Of a stretch of DNA of 64,000 bases, positions 1 through 7,629 are shown in pieces (positions within the stretch are counted from its first letter, which is position 1; every line of letters begins with the position of its first letter). Both the position numbers and the translations under genes were made by a program. Source of the stretch: Longimicrobiales bacterium (GTDB lineage: Bacteria > Gemmatimonadota > Gemmatimonadetes > Longimicrobiales > Gaopeijiaceae); assembly GCA_965249725.1 (NCBI GenBank), contig CBDFMQ010000002.1:1536001-1600000 (forward strand), read 5' to 3'. A model generated the notes under the pieces. It made no database searches and was not told where the DNA came from. It was given only the letters and a program-made list of their open reading frames with translations.

Positions 1-127
1 ACGTCTGCCCCGTGACAGAGAGCGCCCACTCGTACGGAACGTCTTCCTGGAGGTCGAGTTCCTCGTACGAGAGTTCGAGACCCGTCAGCCAATCTTGAAC
101 GGTCTCTTTATCGATCTTGCCCGCCAT
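1..127 (-). CDS. Hypothetical protein, N-terminal part only; runs off the left edge of the window
   Basis: ATG at 127 preceded by AAGGGG. Open frame MAGKIDKETVQDWLTGLELSYEELDLQEDVPYEWALSVTGQT to the window edge. Not in the supplied ORF track. Confidence 0.5.
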   Translation of the reverse strand, partial: MAGKIDKETVQDWLTGLELSYEELDLQEDVPYEWALSVTGQT

Positions 128-757
128 GTACCCCTTGGGTTGTCATTCTTGGCTGTTGGAACAAGGTATCGACTGGGGGGAGCCAAAGGATAAGGCCCGC
201 CATCCCAATGCCGCAACCATCCCAAAATGGTCCCATCCTGACATTCTCCCGCCGGTCCGTCCTACCCAGATTATCGGTCATGGGTATGTACGACATGATG
301 ATGGACGGCGCGGTGGGCTGGAGGCCACGGTACGACAGCCTCACGCCCACCCAAGAGCCCATCACCGGACCGCGGCTCACTGTCCAGTGCACCTATCCCG
401 GTACGAGCCTAGCCCCAACCGTGATCACATTCGGACTCTCGCCGCGCTACGGCTATTCGACTGCTCGGGAGGCACATGAGCTATTTCCTCAGATTAGTAC
501 GCGAGCAGAAGGAATTCGAGGTCGATACAGATCGGGCAGGCAGGCTTCCGATCCCGTTCGTTAGCGGGACCGTCAAGAGCGTGCATTCTTCGATTTCCCC
601 CTGAGGGCCCTTCGACCCCATCTCGGTTTCGCCATCTTTTGGACATGCGCCGTGCTTTCTGGTTGTTCGTCCTGCTCGTTTGCTACTATCTCTTCGTCGG
701 GTGATGGCCGCGTGTGATCGCCATGTGCGGCACCGCCTCTCAACATCGTTCTCAAAC

Positions 758-1111
758 TCAAGCACCCCGCCGTCTCTGAAGAAAATCCCGTACATCGTTC
801 TCCGGTAAGCTCGGGCCCCATCCGTTCGTCCGCTTAACAGGCAGATCACCCCGACGGATACGGGGTCGCCCTCTCTCACCAGCGTTCGGGATCGTGCCCG
901 CGGCCACCATCTTGCGCAGATGGTCTATCGAGTAGTTGGACTCGAGTGCGGCCTCCACGAGTGTCAGTGTCTCGTCTTGGTCGTCCCTCAACGCCTCGTC
1001 CACCTCAACGGCCAATCGGCGAATCAGCTTGCCAGTGACCTCATGCCCACACCGTTCCACTGTCTCGGCTTCGTTACGCCACCGGGTGAGTAGTTCCTGC
1101 ATCGCGTTCAT
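758..1111 (-). CDS. Excisionase-like (HTH_17/MerR-fold) DNA-binding protein
   Basis: ETLTLVEAALESNYSIDHLRKMVAAGTIPNAGERGRPRIRRGDL fits the Xis/HTH_17 pattern, with an N-terminal helical extension. Confidence 0.7.
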   Translation of the reverse strand: MNAMQELLTRWRNEAETVERCGHEVTGKLIRRLAVEVDEALRDDQDETLTLVEAALESNYSIDHLRKMVAAGTIPNAGERGRPRIRRGDLPVKRTNGWGPSLPENDVRDFLQRRRGA

Positions 1112-1222
1112 TTCGAGATGCCTCGACCAGGCTTTTCGGTGCCCCGAATAGCCCTGTCACATGCTGTGACGGCAGGAGGTTGGGGCTGTAAGTCGTTGTC
1201 CCATATGGCCGACACTACCCAA

Positions 1223-1241
1223 TGCATCCCGCGTGCATCCG
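1223..1241. repeat. Tandem TGCATCC(C/G) pair, candidate integrase arm-type binding sites
   Basis: TGCATCCC-gcg-TGCATCCG with 11-bp period; inverted counterpart at 8863-8883. Confidence 0.5.
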
Positions 1242-1271
1242 AAACCGCCCTCGAATCGCCATTTCGCCGCA

Positions 1272-2915
1272 TTAGAAGGGGTACCTTCGCTGGAGGCGTT
1301 GTTGGCGTGCATGGCGCTCAAATAGGCGCTCCAAGCCGTAGTCCGTATTCCGCTCCCGCTTCTTCAATTTCTCGGGTCTCTTGAAAGCGGGGCGAGAGCG
1401 AACCCAGTTCCAGAAAACCGCGGCGTCGCCCTTGTCTGGGCTGCGCCCCAAACGCTCACGGATCTTTTCCTTCGGCTCGACAAGGATCTTGCCGTTGCGG
1501 GTAAGCCAGGTGGGGGTCGTGAGGTCGTCGAAGAGCTCTCGATCGTCGGGAAGGGCGATGTGACCACGCTGAAGATCCGTGCGTAGCTTCCAGTACATCT
1601 GAGCACGCAGGTTCGCGAACTGCTCGTCAGAGTACACAGCTCTTCCCGTCCTCGCCCGTGCCTCACTGTCCAGACCGCCGGTGGGTTTCGTCCCCGCGTT
1701 GAGGCTTCGCACGTAAGAGCCCATCTGCTTCAGGGCTCCGACTGCCCCAGCTCCTACGCCGACACTATCCACCCCCACCCGCCTTGGGTCGATGCCGTCG
1801 GCCTGGATCAGCGCTCCTACATCGATACCGAGTTGAACTGGATCGGGACACGCGAAGGAGCGGACCTCCAACAAGCAGGCTCCCTTCCCTTGGGCGATCG
1901 CCGCCTTGTCGCCCGCCTCGCTGGCCGCCACATCCACACCAAGAGCCATCACCCCCTGACGGAATGTTGGATCTGCATAGCGTGTGGCAGCCTCTTCACA
2001 CCACTCGAGATTGATGAGTGCGTCCTCGGCTTCTGCCGGAGAGATACCACGTATCCGAGAGCGGTAAAGGCGGCTGTCCTCGCCATATTTCCGCGCCCTC
2101 TTGTGAACCGATTCAAGTGAGACCGCACCAGGTACGATGTCCGCGTCGTCACAAACAACGTTCGGGTGGTCGAGGCCGGATATGCGCACATGCTCAACGT
2201 CTGGAGACGTGCAGAAGCGGTGTAGCTCGTCGTGCTGGCTGTCCGGGTTCCCTACGCAGATGCGGAGGTTGTGAGGGCCTGTGGACGTGTTCTCTAACGC
2301 CGTCATGACCGCCGGCGCGAGACCCGGCATCTCCTCAACGATGAGGAGCATGTGCTCAGCGTGGGCGCCCTGAGCTCGTGTAGCCGACTGCTCTCCAGAC
2401 CCAACACCGACAGCGTATCCCCACGCGCCCCACTGGTCTGATTTCGGAATCATGCGTAACCGGAGATCGGTCAGTTCAGCCTGTGGGAAGTGCGGCTTGA
2501 ACGCCGGCCACAGCTTCCGCATCTCGGCCCACATGAAGAGCCGAAGCTGATCCTCCTTTGGGGCATACGAGAACACGCGAGCATCGGGCCAGCAGGCGAC
2601 GAACCAGAAGGTCAGACACGCGAGCATAAAGCTCTTGCCGGCACCTGTCGCGGACTCGACACCTACGTCTCCGCCCAGGGCGAGTGCGTCGGCCATCCGC
2701 ATCAGCGGCTCGACAGTGCCGTCCCACTTGTGGTCGCGGTATCCCGTGTTGATCGACCACCGCAACGTGCGTTCATCGACGCCTAGGACATCGACGATCC
2801 AGCCGATTGGCTTCTGCTGGTAATCGCTGTGAACTGTGGTGGCATTGCCTTCCTTCTTGAGGCGTATCGCCCGCAGCACCGTCCTGGCCTGACCAGCATC
2901 GCGGATCATTGCCAC
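1272..2915 (-). CDS. terL: Phage terminase large subunit
   Basis: Walker A SATGAGKS, Walker B-like LLIVEE, coupling motif VGNP, RNase H-like nuclease ALGVDVA...SPDKGDA. Directly follows terS. Confidence 0.92.
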   Translation of the reverse strand: MAMIRDAGQARTVLRAIRLKKEGNATTVHSDYQQKPIGWIVDVLGVDERTLRWSINTGYRDHKWDGTVEPLMRMADALALGGDVGVESATGAGKSFMLACLTFWFVACWPDARVFSYAPKEDQLRLFMWAEMRKLWPAFKPHFPQAELTDLRLRMIPKSDQWGAWGYAVGVGSGEQSATRAQGAHAEHMLLIVEEMPGLAPAVMTALENTSTGPHNLRICVGNPDSQHDELHRFCTSPDVEHVRISGLDHPNVVCDDADIVPGAVSLESVHKRARKYGEDSRLYRSRIRGISPAEAEDALINLEWCEEAATRYADPTFRQGVMALGVDVAASEAGDKAAIAQGKGACLLEVRSFACPDPVQLGIDVGALIQADGIDPRRVGVDSVGVGAGAVGALKQMGSYVRSLNAGTKPTGGLDSEARARTGRAVYSDEQFANLRAQMYWKLRTDLQRGHIALPDDRELFDDLTTPTWLTRNGKILVEPKEKIRERLGRSPDKGDAAVFWNWVRSRPAFKRPEKLKKRERNTDYGLERLFERHARQQRLQRRYPF

Positions 2916-3400
2916 ACCTGCTGCTTCAGAGCGTCCATCAACTCGTCATCACCAAGCGCCTCGAGTTCCTTCATCTTCGAGACAGGCAGAGACGCCAACC
3001 GTTCCAAGACATCGACCTTCAACTCAAGGCGATCCTTGAACATCCCGAGATGTTGGCCGAGGTGACGCAGTGCCTGGTTCGCCACAGCACCGTCGTATCG
3101 ATACTCGCCTGTGGGAGTGCCCTGACGGTCCGTCACGGGCTTCGCCTGCATCGCCCGCCCAACGTTCTCCACGAGCTTGGTAATCACCCAGTCAGCCGTG
3201 ATTTCTGTTCGCTCGACGCGCTCCTGTAACGCCTTATCAATTTGGGCGGCTACCTTAGCGTTCCTTAACAGCCTGTGACCCGCGACCTCGGCCCCGTTCG
3301 GGCTGTACCCGGCGCGACGTGCTGCACCCGTAGCGTTCAAGTCCACCAGGTACTCGTGGACGAACGCCTGCTGCTTCGGGGTGAGTCTGGGGGTGTTCAC
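2906..3400 (-). CDS. terS: Phage terminase small subunit (Terminase_2 type)
   Basis: N-terminus LTPKQQAFVHEYLVDLNATGAARRAGYS and C-terminal ALRHLGQHLGMF are typical of this family. Confidence 0.93.
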   Translation of the reverse strand: MNTPRLTPKQQAFVHEYLVDLNATGAARRAGYSPNGAEVAGHRLLRNAKVAAQIDKALQERVERTEITADWVITKLVENVGRAMQAKPVTDRQGTPTGEYRYDGAVANQALRHLGQHLGMFKDRLELKVDVLERLASLPVSKMKELEALGDDELMDALKQQVWQ

Positions 3401-3730
3401 CGGTGAGCCCCTCCCTGCACTTCCTTCGGGTCATCAAGGTCACCCCAATAGGGAGCGGGGAACTTCCTCGCATCTGACTCCTTGCAGCGCCGGAAGTTCT
3501 CCAGCGACTGCTGCAGCCACTCGATGACTCTCGAATAGGTCTTCCGGGTAGAGCCACACCGCCCCCCCCGGCTCCAAGTTGTCCAGGTCTCGGGTACTGT
3601 CGAACTCTTCCAGCAACAGCTTTGGCGGCTCATCTAGGTTGCCGGGGTCAACCTGAAACAGCATCAGAAGCCGGTCGTGACTGAGTTCGAGGTTGTCCAA
3701 CCAATCAGGGGCCGTGGGTTCGGGTCTCAT
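3397..3730 (-). pseudogene. Phage hypothetical protein (~110 aa) apparently split by a 1-nt frameshift
   Basis: ORF 3440-3730 overlaps the upstream stop (ATGA). ORF 3397-3633 overlaps the terS start (GTGA). The span is 3n+1. Confidence 0.5.
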
Positions 3731-4134
3731 TTGTGGGCTTCCTCAGGTTTGAGCGACTCCAGATTGTCCCTAAGGATCGCCTCGAGGACTGTTCTCAGGT
3801 CTTCGTAACCCGGCTGTGCCGTGATTCTGAGAAGCATCATCTGGGTGTCACTGTTCGTGATGCATAGATGATTCCAACAGAGCTTCTCCAGGTCCACTAG
3901 AGCCGCTAAGTGCAGTGGCCGTTGAAGGACCTCGTGCACATGCGGATGGTCCCGGACGAGCTGGTCGAGGATCTTGCCGTGCTTGGCCACCTGCTCGATG
4001 GCCGTGTACGCCACATCGTGATCCCAGGAAAGGCGGTCACAGATGTCCAGCACGGTCCGAGCGTGGGCGCGTTTGGAGACGGCCACCGCAAGTATCTCCA
4101 ACTCCAGCTTGTTCTTGTCCACGAATACCGTCAT
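3727..4134 (-). CDS. Hypothetical protein, possibly a stand-alone DnaB N-terminal-like helical domain
   Basis: ATGA-coupled to the helicase. LELEILAVAV...VLDI...DHDVAYTAIEQVAKHGKILD resembles the DnaB_N pattern by eye. Confidence 0.6.
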   Translation of the reverse strand: MTVFVDKNKLELEILAVAVSKRAHARTVLDICDRLSWDHDVAYTAIEQVAKHGKILDQLVRDHPHVHEVLQRPLHLAALVDLEKLCWNHLCITNSDTQMMLLRITAQPGYEDLRTVLEAILRDNLESLKPEEAHK

Positions 4135-5045
4135 GGCCAGAGTGCTTCTTCGTCGGGTAAAGCCTGACGGATACGGTGGGTGCGGTAGTCGATCTCGATT
4201 GGGATGTCTCCCTCCCTACCGTGTCGGTTCTTAGCCACCAGCAGCCACGTTCGCGTGATGTGCTCATCGTCCTCACGCCTAGTGTGGTCGAGCAGCCAGC
4301 CGAAGTGGGCTTGCTTGGAGAGCAGCGGGCAGCTGTCGAGGCTCTCGATGGTTGGGCGCACCTTGGGTGCGGAGCTCTGCCGATTGAACTGGCTCGCCAC
4401 CACCACGAGGGAGCCGGTGGATTCCATGAAGCTCACGATGCCCCGCACAGCGTCTTTCAGGGCACTGAAGTGGCGGGTATCGCTCTCGAGACTCAGGAGC
4501 TGGAAATAGTCGATCAGGAAGACACGAACCCCGGAGCTCGAATTCATCGTCGCCATCCACCCGAGTGCGTCATCGACAGCCGTAAGAGACGCGGCCATCT
4601 GGTTGGTCAGCAGACGACCCCACGATCCTTCTCGGGTCTTCTGCTCGATCGTCTCACGGACGTGCTCGGCTTCCATTGAGTCGAAGTGACGGCCCGGAGA
4701 GAGATGCTTTGCGGGCACGTTGGTCAGGATCGACCAGATCGCGGGCGTCGCCTCCGCCGCGTCGATCTCGAGGCTCACGAGCCCAACGTTGACGGCCTGT
4801 TGGATGAAGTCGGCGGCGAGGTTCCAGAGCAATCGGGTCTTGTTGTTTCCGGTCTTCCCGCCCACAACGGCGAGCTTCCCGAGTGGAATCGCGCCCGGCG
4901 TCACGTGATATACCCACTCGCCCAACGACGGCACGCCCGTGCTGAGCACGTAGTCCTCGCCATGGCTCTTCCCCATTTCGGCCAACGCCTGCTGCTCTGC
5001 GGCCCAGACGCGGCTGACGACATCTACCGTGACCAGGTCGTTCAC
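4131..5045 (-). CDS. DnaB-like (SF4) helicase, RecA-fold C-terminal domain only
   Basis: STG lead-in, Walker A variant GKTGNNKT, VSLE, FLIDYFQLL, VVASQFNR, LLVAKNRHG. Confidence 0.85.
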   Translation of the reverse strand: MNDLVTVDVVSRVWAAEQQALAEMGKSHGEDYVLSTGVPSLGEWVYHVTPGAIPLGKLAVVGGKTGNNKTRLLWNLAADFIQQAVNVGLVSLEIDAAEATPAIWSILTNVPAKHLSPGRHFDSMEAEHVRETIEQKTREGSWGRLLTNQMAASLTAVDDALGWMATMNSSSGVRVFLIDYFQLLSLESDTRHFSALKDAVRGIVSFMESTGSLVVVASQFNRQSSAPKVRPTIESLDSCPLLSKQAHFGWLLDHTRREDDEHITRTWLLVAKNRHGREGDIPIEIDYRTHRIRQALPDEEALWP

Positions 5046-5827
5046 TGGACAAGCTCCTGGGACTGCGATCGCCTGGCTGCCAGGTACTTGGCCTTGCCGG
5101 CGTCTAGCTTGGGGAATTCGATCTTCTTCGGCGGTAGCGAGCGAGCGCCTTCTGCCTCGTTGCAGTTTCGGATGATCCCGCGGGCGTAGTTCTCGTCCTT
5201 ACCCTCAGCGGCATACCCCTTCTCGACGTAGATGCGAAGACCGGCGACGACCTTCGGGATCTCATGGTTTGCCCACCACTCGAACTCTTGGAGGATGACG
5301 CTGTCGGCGATCCGGTTCGTCTGACGAGTTGAGCGAAACGCGGCGACCGCGGAGTCGACAACTGCGAGCTGTTCGGGGGAGTAGCGAGTACGGTTTTCGA
5401 GAATCTCTTCTTCGGGGGTCTTTTCCGTACTACCCGTACTCTCCTCTATAGGGGGTGTGGGGGAAAGTTCATGAGAATGAACCTCTTCATGTGCCTCTTT
5501 GGCTTGATGTTCACCCTCGTGAACCTCTTCCGGGGATAGCACCGCTCGAAGCTCCGGCGCTTTGGGTCCACGACGGATCACCTTGAGCCATCCCTTCCTT
5601 GCTAGGGACGCCCTCACCTGCTTCACATGACTCTCGGACCGCCGGAGCAGCGTCATCAGGTACTCCGTGTCGGCATAGCAGCCGCGGTCCGCACCCTCTA
5701 GACTCCGCACCATCATCCAGAACCTGAATTCAGCATCGGTGAGTTCTCCTGCTGCCGTTGCCCGGGTCGCATCGAAGAGCTCTCGAAGCGTCGTCCGTCC
5801 ATCCTGCTTTCCTTTCTTTGCCATCAT
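5042..5827 (-). CDS. Phage replication initiator / replisome organiser (N-terminal wHTH, DnaD-like C-terminus)
   Basis: LTDAEFRFW...GCYADTEYL...SESHVKQVRASLARKGWL wHTH, low-complexity linker, C-terminal ENYARGIIRN. Lies upstream of the helicase. Confidence 0.75.
   Translation of the reverse strand: MMAKKGKQDGRTTLRELFDATRATAAGELTDAEFRFWMMVRSLEGADRGCYADTEYLMTLLRRSESHVKQVRASLARKGWLKVIRRGPKAPELRAVLSPEEVHEGEHQAKEAHEEVHSHELSPTPPIEESTGSTEKTPEEEILENRTRYSPEQLAVVDSAVAAFRSTRQTNRIADSVILQEFEWWANHEIPKVVAGLRIYVEKGYAAEGKDENYARGIIRNCNEAEGARSLPPKKIEFPKLDAGKAKYLAARRSQSQELVQ
5467..5530. repeat. Two 22-bp iteron-like repeats inside the initiator gene (candidate ori)
   Basis: GTTCA-N6-TGAACCTCTTC at 5467-5488 and 5509-5530, 42-bp period. 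Confidence 0.55.
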
Positions 5828-5897
5828 GCTCCCTCACGAGCGGTATATGTGTGCCCGGCCCGGTGGTGAGGCACCGAGGAGGTCGAGACCTCACCCG

Positions 5898-6095
5898 CTA
5901 GTGCGAGCCCGAGCTTGGTTTCTTGTTCTTCATGACTTCCATGAGCGGGCGACCTTCGTCGAGCCGTCTCTGTCGCTCGCACATCTGGAGCAGGTGTTTG
6001 TCGCACGCCGCCTTGTGCCGCACCCAGCGTTCCTTTTCCTGATCTCGCCCAGTCACGCAGTCGAGGTGCTCGTCACCCGGTCTTGGTGCCATCAC
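5898..6095 (-). CDS. Small phage hypothetical protein
   Basis: Starts immediately after the stop of the Xis/AlpA-like gene; no recognisable motif. Confidence 0.45.
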   Translation of the reverse strand: MMAPRPGDEHLDCVTGRDQEKERWVRHKAACDKHLLQMCERQRRLDEGRPLMEVMKNKKPSSGSH

Positions 6096-6350
6096 CTACA
6101 CACCCACCGTCCCGCCATGTCGTGCCGGGTGGTTCCGGTCACGCCGGGCGCGGAATTGCCGCAGATCGCCCAGACGGTAAAGATTGCTGCGCCCATTCCA
6201 TCCGCACGGCTGAGGCCGATCCCTTCGTGCGTCACTGGCCCACTGCCTGAGCGTCTGTTGGCCCACTCGAAGAAACCGAGCCGCTTCGTTGGTCGTCACG
6301 ATGCGGCGCCCATCTGCGGATTCCAGTTCAATCGTCGTGTCTGCGCACAC
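6096..6350 (-). CDS. AlpA/Xis-like HTH DNA-binding protein
   Basis: IVTTNEAARFLRVGQQTLRQWAS...NLYRLGDL. First gene of the leftward operon, preceded by GGAGG, divergent from the repressor. Confidence 0.8.
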   Translation of the reverse strand: MCADTTIELESADGRRIVTTNEAARFLRVGQQTLRQWASDARRDRPQPCGWNGRSNLYRLGDLRQFRARRDRNHPARHGGTVGV

Positions 6351-6513
6351 GCTTTGTCCCTCCGCTTCTTGTGCAGGCCACCGTCCTCATGTATATTTGA
6401 GAGCGTTAGCCGGAGTAGCCATTCATATTGGATACACCAATCTAAGTCGAAGACGGATGAGGGTGTTAGCGGCATCCGCACTTGGCCCACACAACGACCC
6501 GGAGGCAGCCAGC
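6351..6513. promoter_or_regulatory. Divergent switch region between the AlpA/Xis-like gene and the repressor
   Basis: Lower-GC intergenic stretch with inverted repeat ATTGG-N5-CCAAT (6427-6441) and two GTTAGC copies. Confidence 0.5.
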
Positions 6514-7629
6514 GTGGCTAACATCGAACGGATTCCCGCCAACAAGGACCAAGTGGTCAAGAAACGGCTGCGAGAGGTGAGGGAGAAGGAGGGGTGGGGT
6601 TTCCGAAAGACTAGGACGAAGGTGCTTGCTGTGCTCAAGCAGGTGGACCCCGAGGCCAAGCTTCACCCCCCGGATGTGAAGCGCTTCGAGGGGAGTGACG
6701 AGCGCAAGACGCGACCGCCAGTATGGTACGTGGAGGCGTTTGCCGAGGCCGCCGGAGTGCCCGTCAGTTACCTAATGGCCGACGACATCTCGCCTTGGTC
6801 CATCAAAGAGTTCGAGACCGTCTTTAGGGAGATCCAAAGGGACTACCGGAGTCGCCTCGCGCATCCCACCAGCACCAACGAAGAGCGAACAAGGGAGGAG
6901 CTCAGGGACAAGGTCGCGAAGACGCTTCTTCTCGCTTCGGGCATCCCGCTACCCCGCCAGAAGAACCCACTGGGACGCCATCGGGATGACGTTCTGGCTG
7001 AGATCTATGCGGATATGCAGGTGCTCTACTGGGAGGCATTTTGGGGCAGGGAGTTCACGGAGCACGAACAGTTCCTGGACGCTGCGATGCAACTCGGGCG
7101 GCTAATTCCCTCACCTGCAAAACTTCCAGAACAGGGCTTTCTGCCGCTCGAAGAGGTAAGCGAGGACCGACTCCGGCGATGGTGGGTGCTACAGGCCGAA
7201 GCCCTCCGTGTTCTGTTGCGGCCCGGCGAGTTTGAGAAGGAAAAGATGAACCTCGGTCGAGGTGGTGAGCTTGGCCCGCTCTCCTGGGCGGAGCTCATGA
7301 AGAACCGTAGCAAGCTGGCAATCCCATGGGACGACGAGAACGCGATTCGGGCCGCCGCGTCGCCAGCCAAGTCGGAAGAAGAACAGGAAGAAGAGGCCGC
7401 ACGTGCAAAGCGGGTCACCCAGAAGACGCGTAAAAGGGAAGAGGTCGCGCGAATCAAGTCGCCGGAGGATCGCAAGCGCGCGATGGATGAGGCCTACCAC
7501 GAAGGGGCGTTAGAGAAGAGGGAACGGTGGGCGAGGGAGCAGGACCAGATTCCGGGGGACTCGGCCATGAGTACAGCCGAGCCAATTGAAGAAACCGACG
7601 AGTCAGGAGAAGGAGGCGAAGATGCCTAA
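6514..7629 (+). CDS. XRE-type HTH repressor with a large C-terminal region (Stl/CI-like), 371 aa
   Basis: GGAGG at 6501 then GTG at 6514. KKRLREVREKEGW...VKRFEGS...RPPVWYVEAFAEAAGVPVSYL is an XRE-like HTH. Stop overlaps the int start. Confidence 0.7.
   Translation: MANIERIPANKDQVVKKRLREVREKEGWGFRKTRTKVLAVLKQVDPEAKLHPPDVKRFEGSDERKTRPPVWYVEAFAEAAGVPVSYLMADDISPWSIKEFETVFREIQRDYRSRLAHPTSTNEERTREELRDKVAKTLLLASGIPLPRQKNPLGRHRDDVLAEIYADMQVLYWEAFWGREFTEHEQFLDAAMQLGRLIPSPAKLPEQGFLPLEEVSEDRLRRWWVLQAEALRVLLRPGEFEKEKMNLGRGGELGPLSWAELMKNRSKLAIPWDDENAIRAAASPAKSEEEQEEEAARAKRVTQKTRKREEVARIKSPEDRKRAMDEAYHEGALEKRERWAREQDQIPGDSAMSTAEPIEETDESGEGGEDA

Noticed and set aside
108..879. ORFs 108-392, 117-479, 208-564, 481-879 and 573-821
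   Set aside because: They overlap one another with no motif or convincing start signal, so none could be supported.
1..1271. Duplicated tRNA-Val 3' fragment marking the far att site
   Set aside because: Searched by eye; only 7-9-nt matches (ACCAGGC, AGGCTTT) were found, too short to call.
6289..6513. N-terminal extension of the 446-aa ORF
   Set aside because: It overlaps the divergent HTH gene and switch region; the SD-supported GTG at 6514 is the better start.
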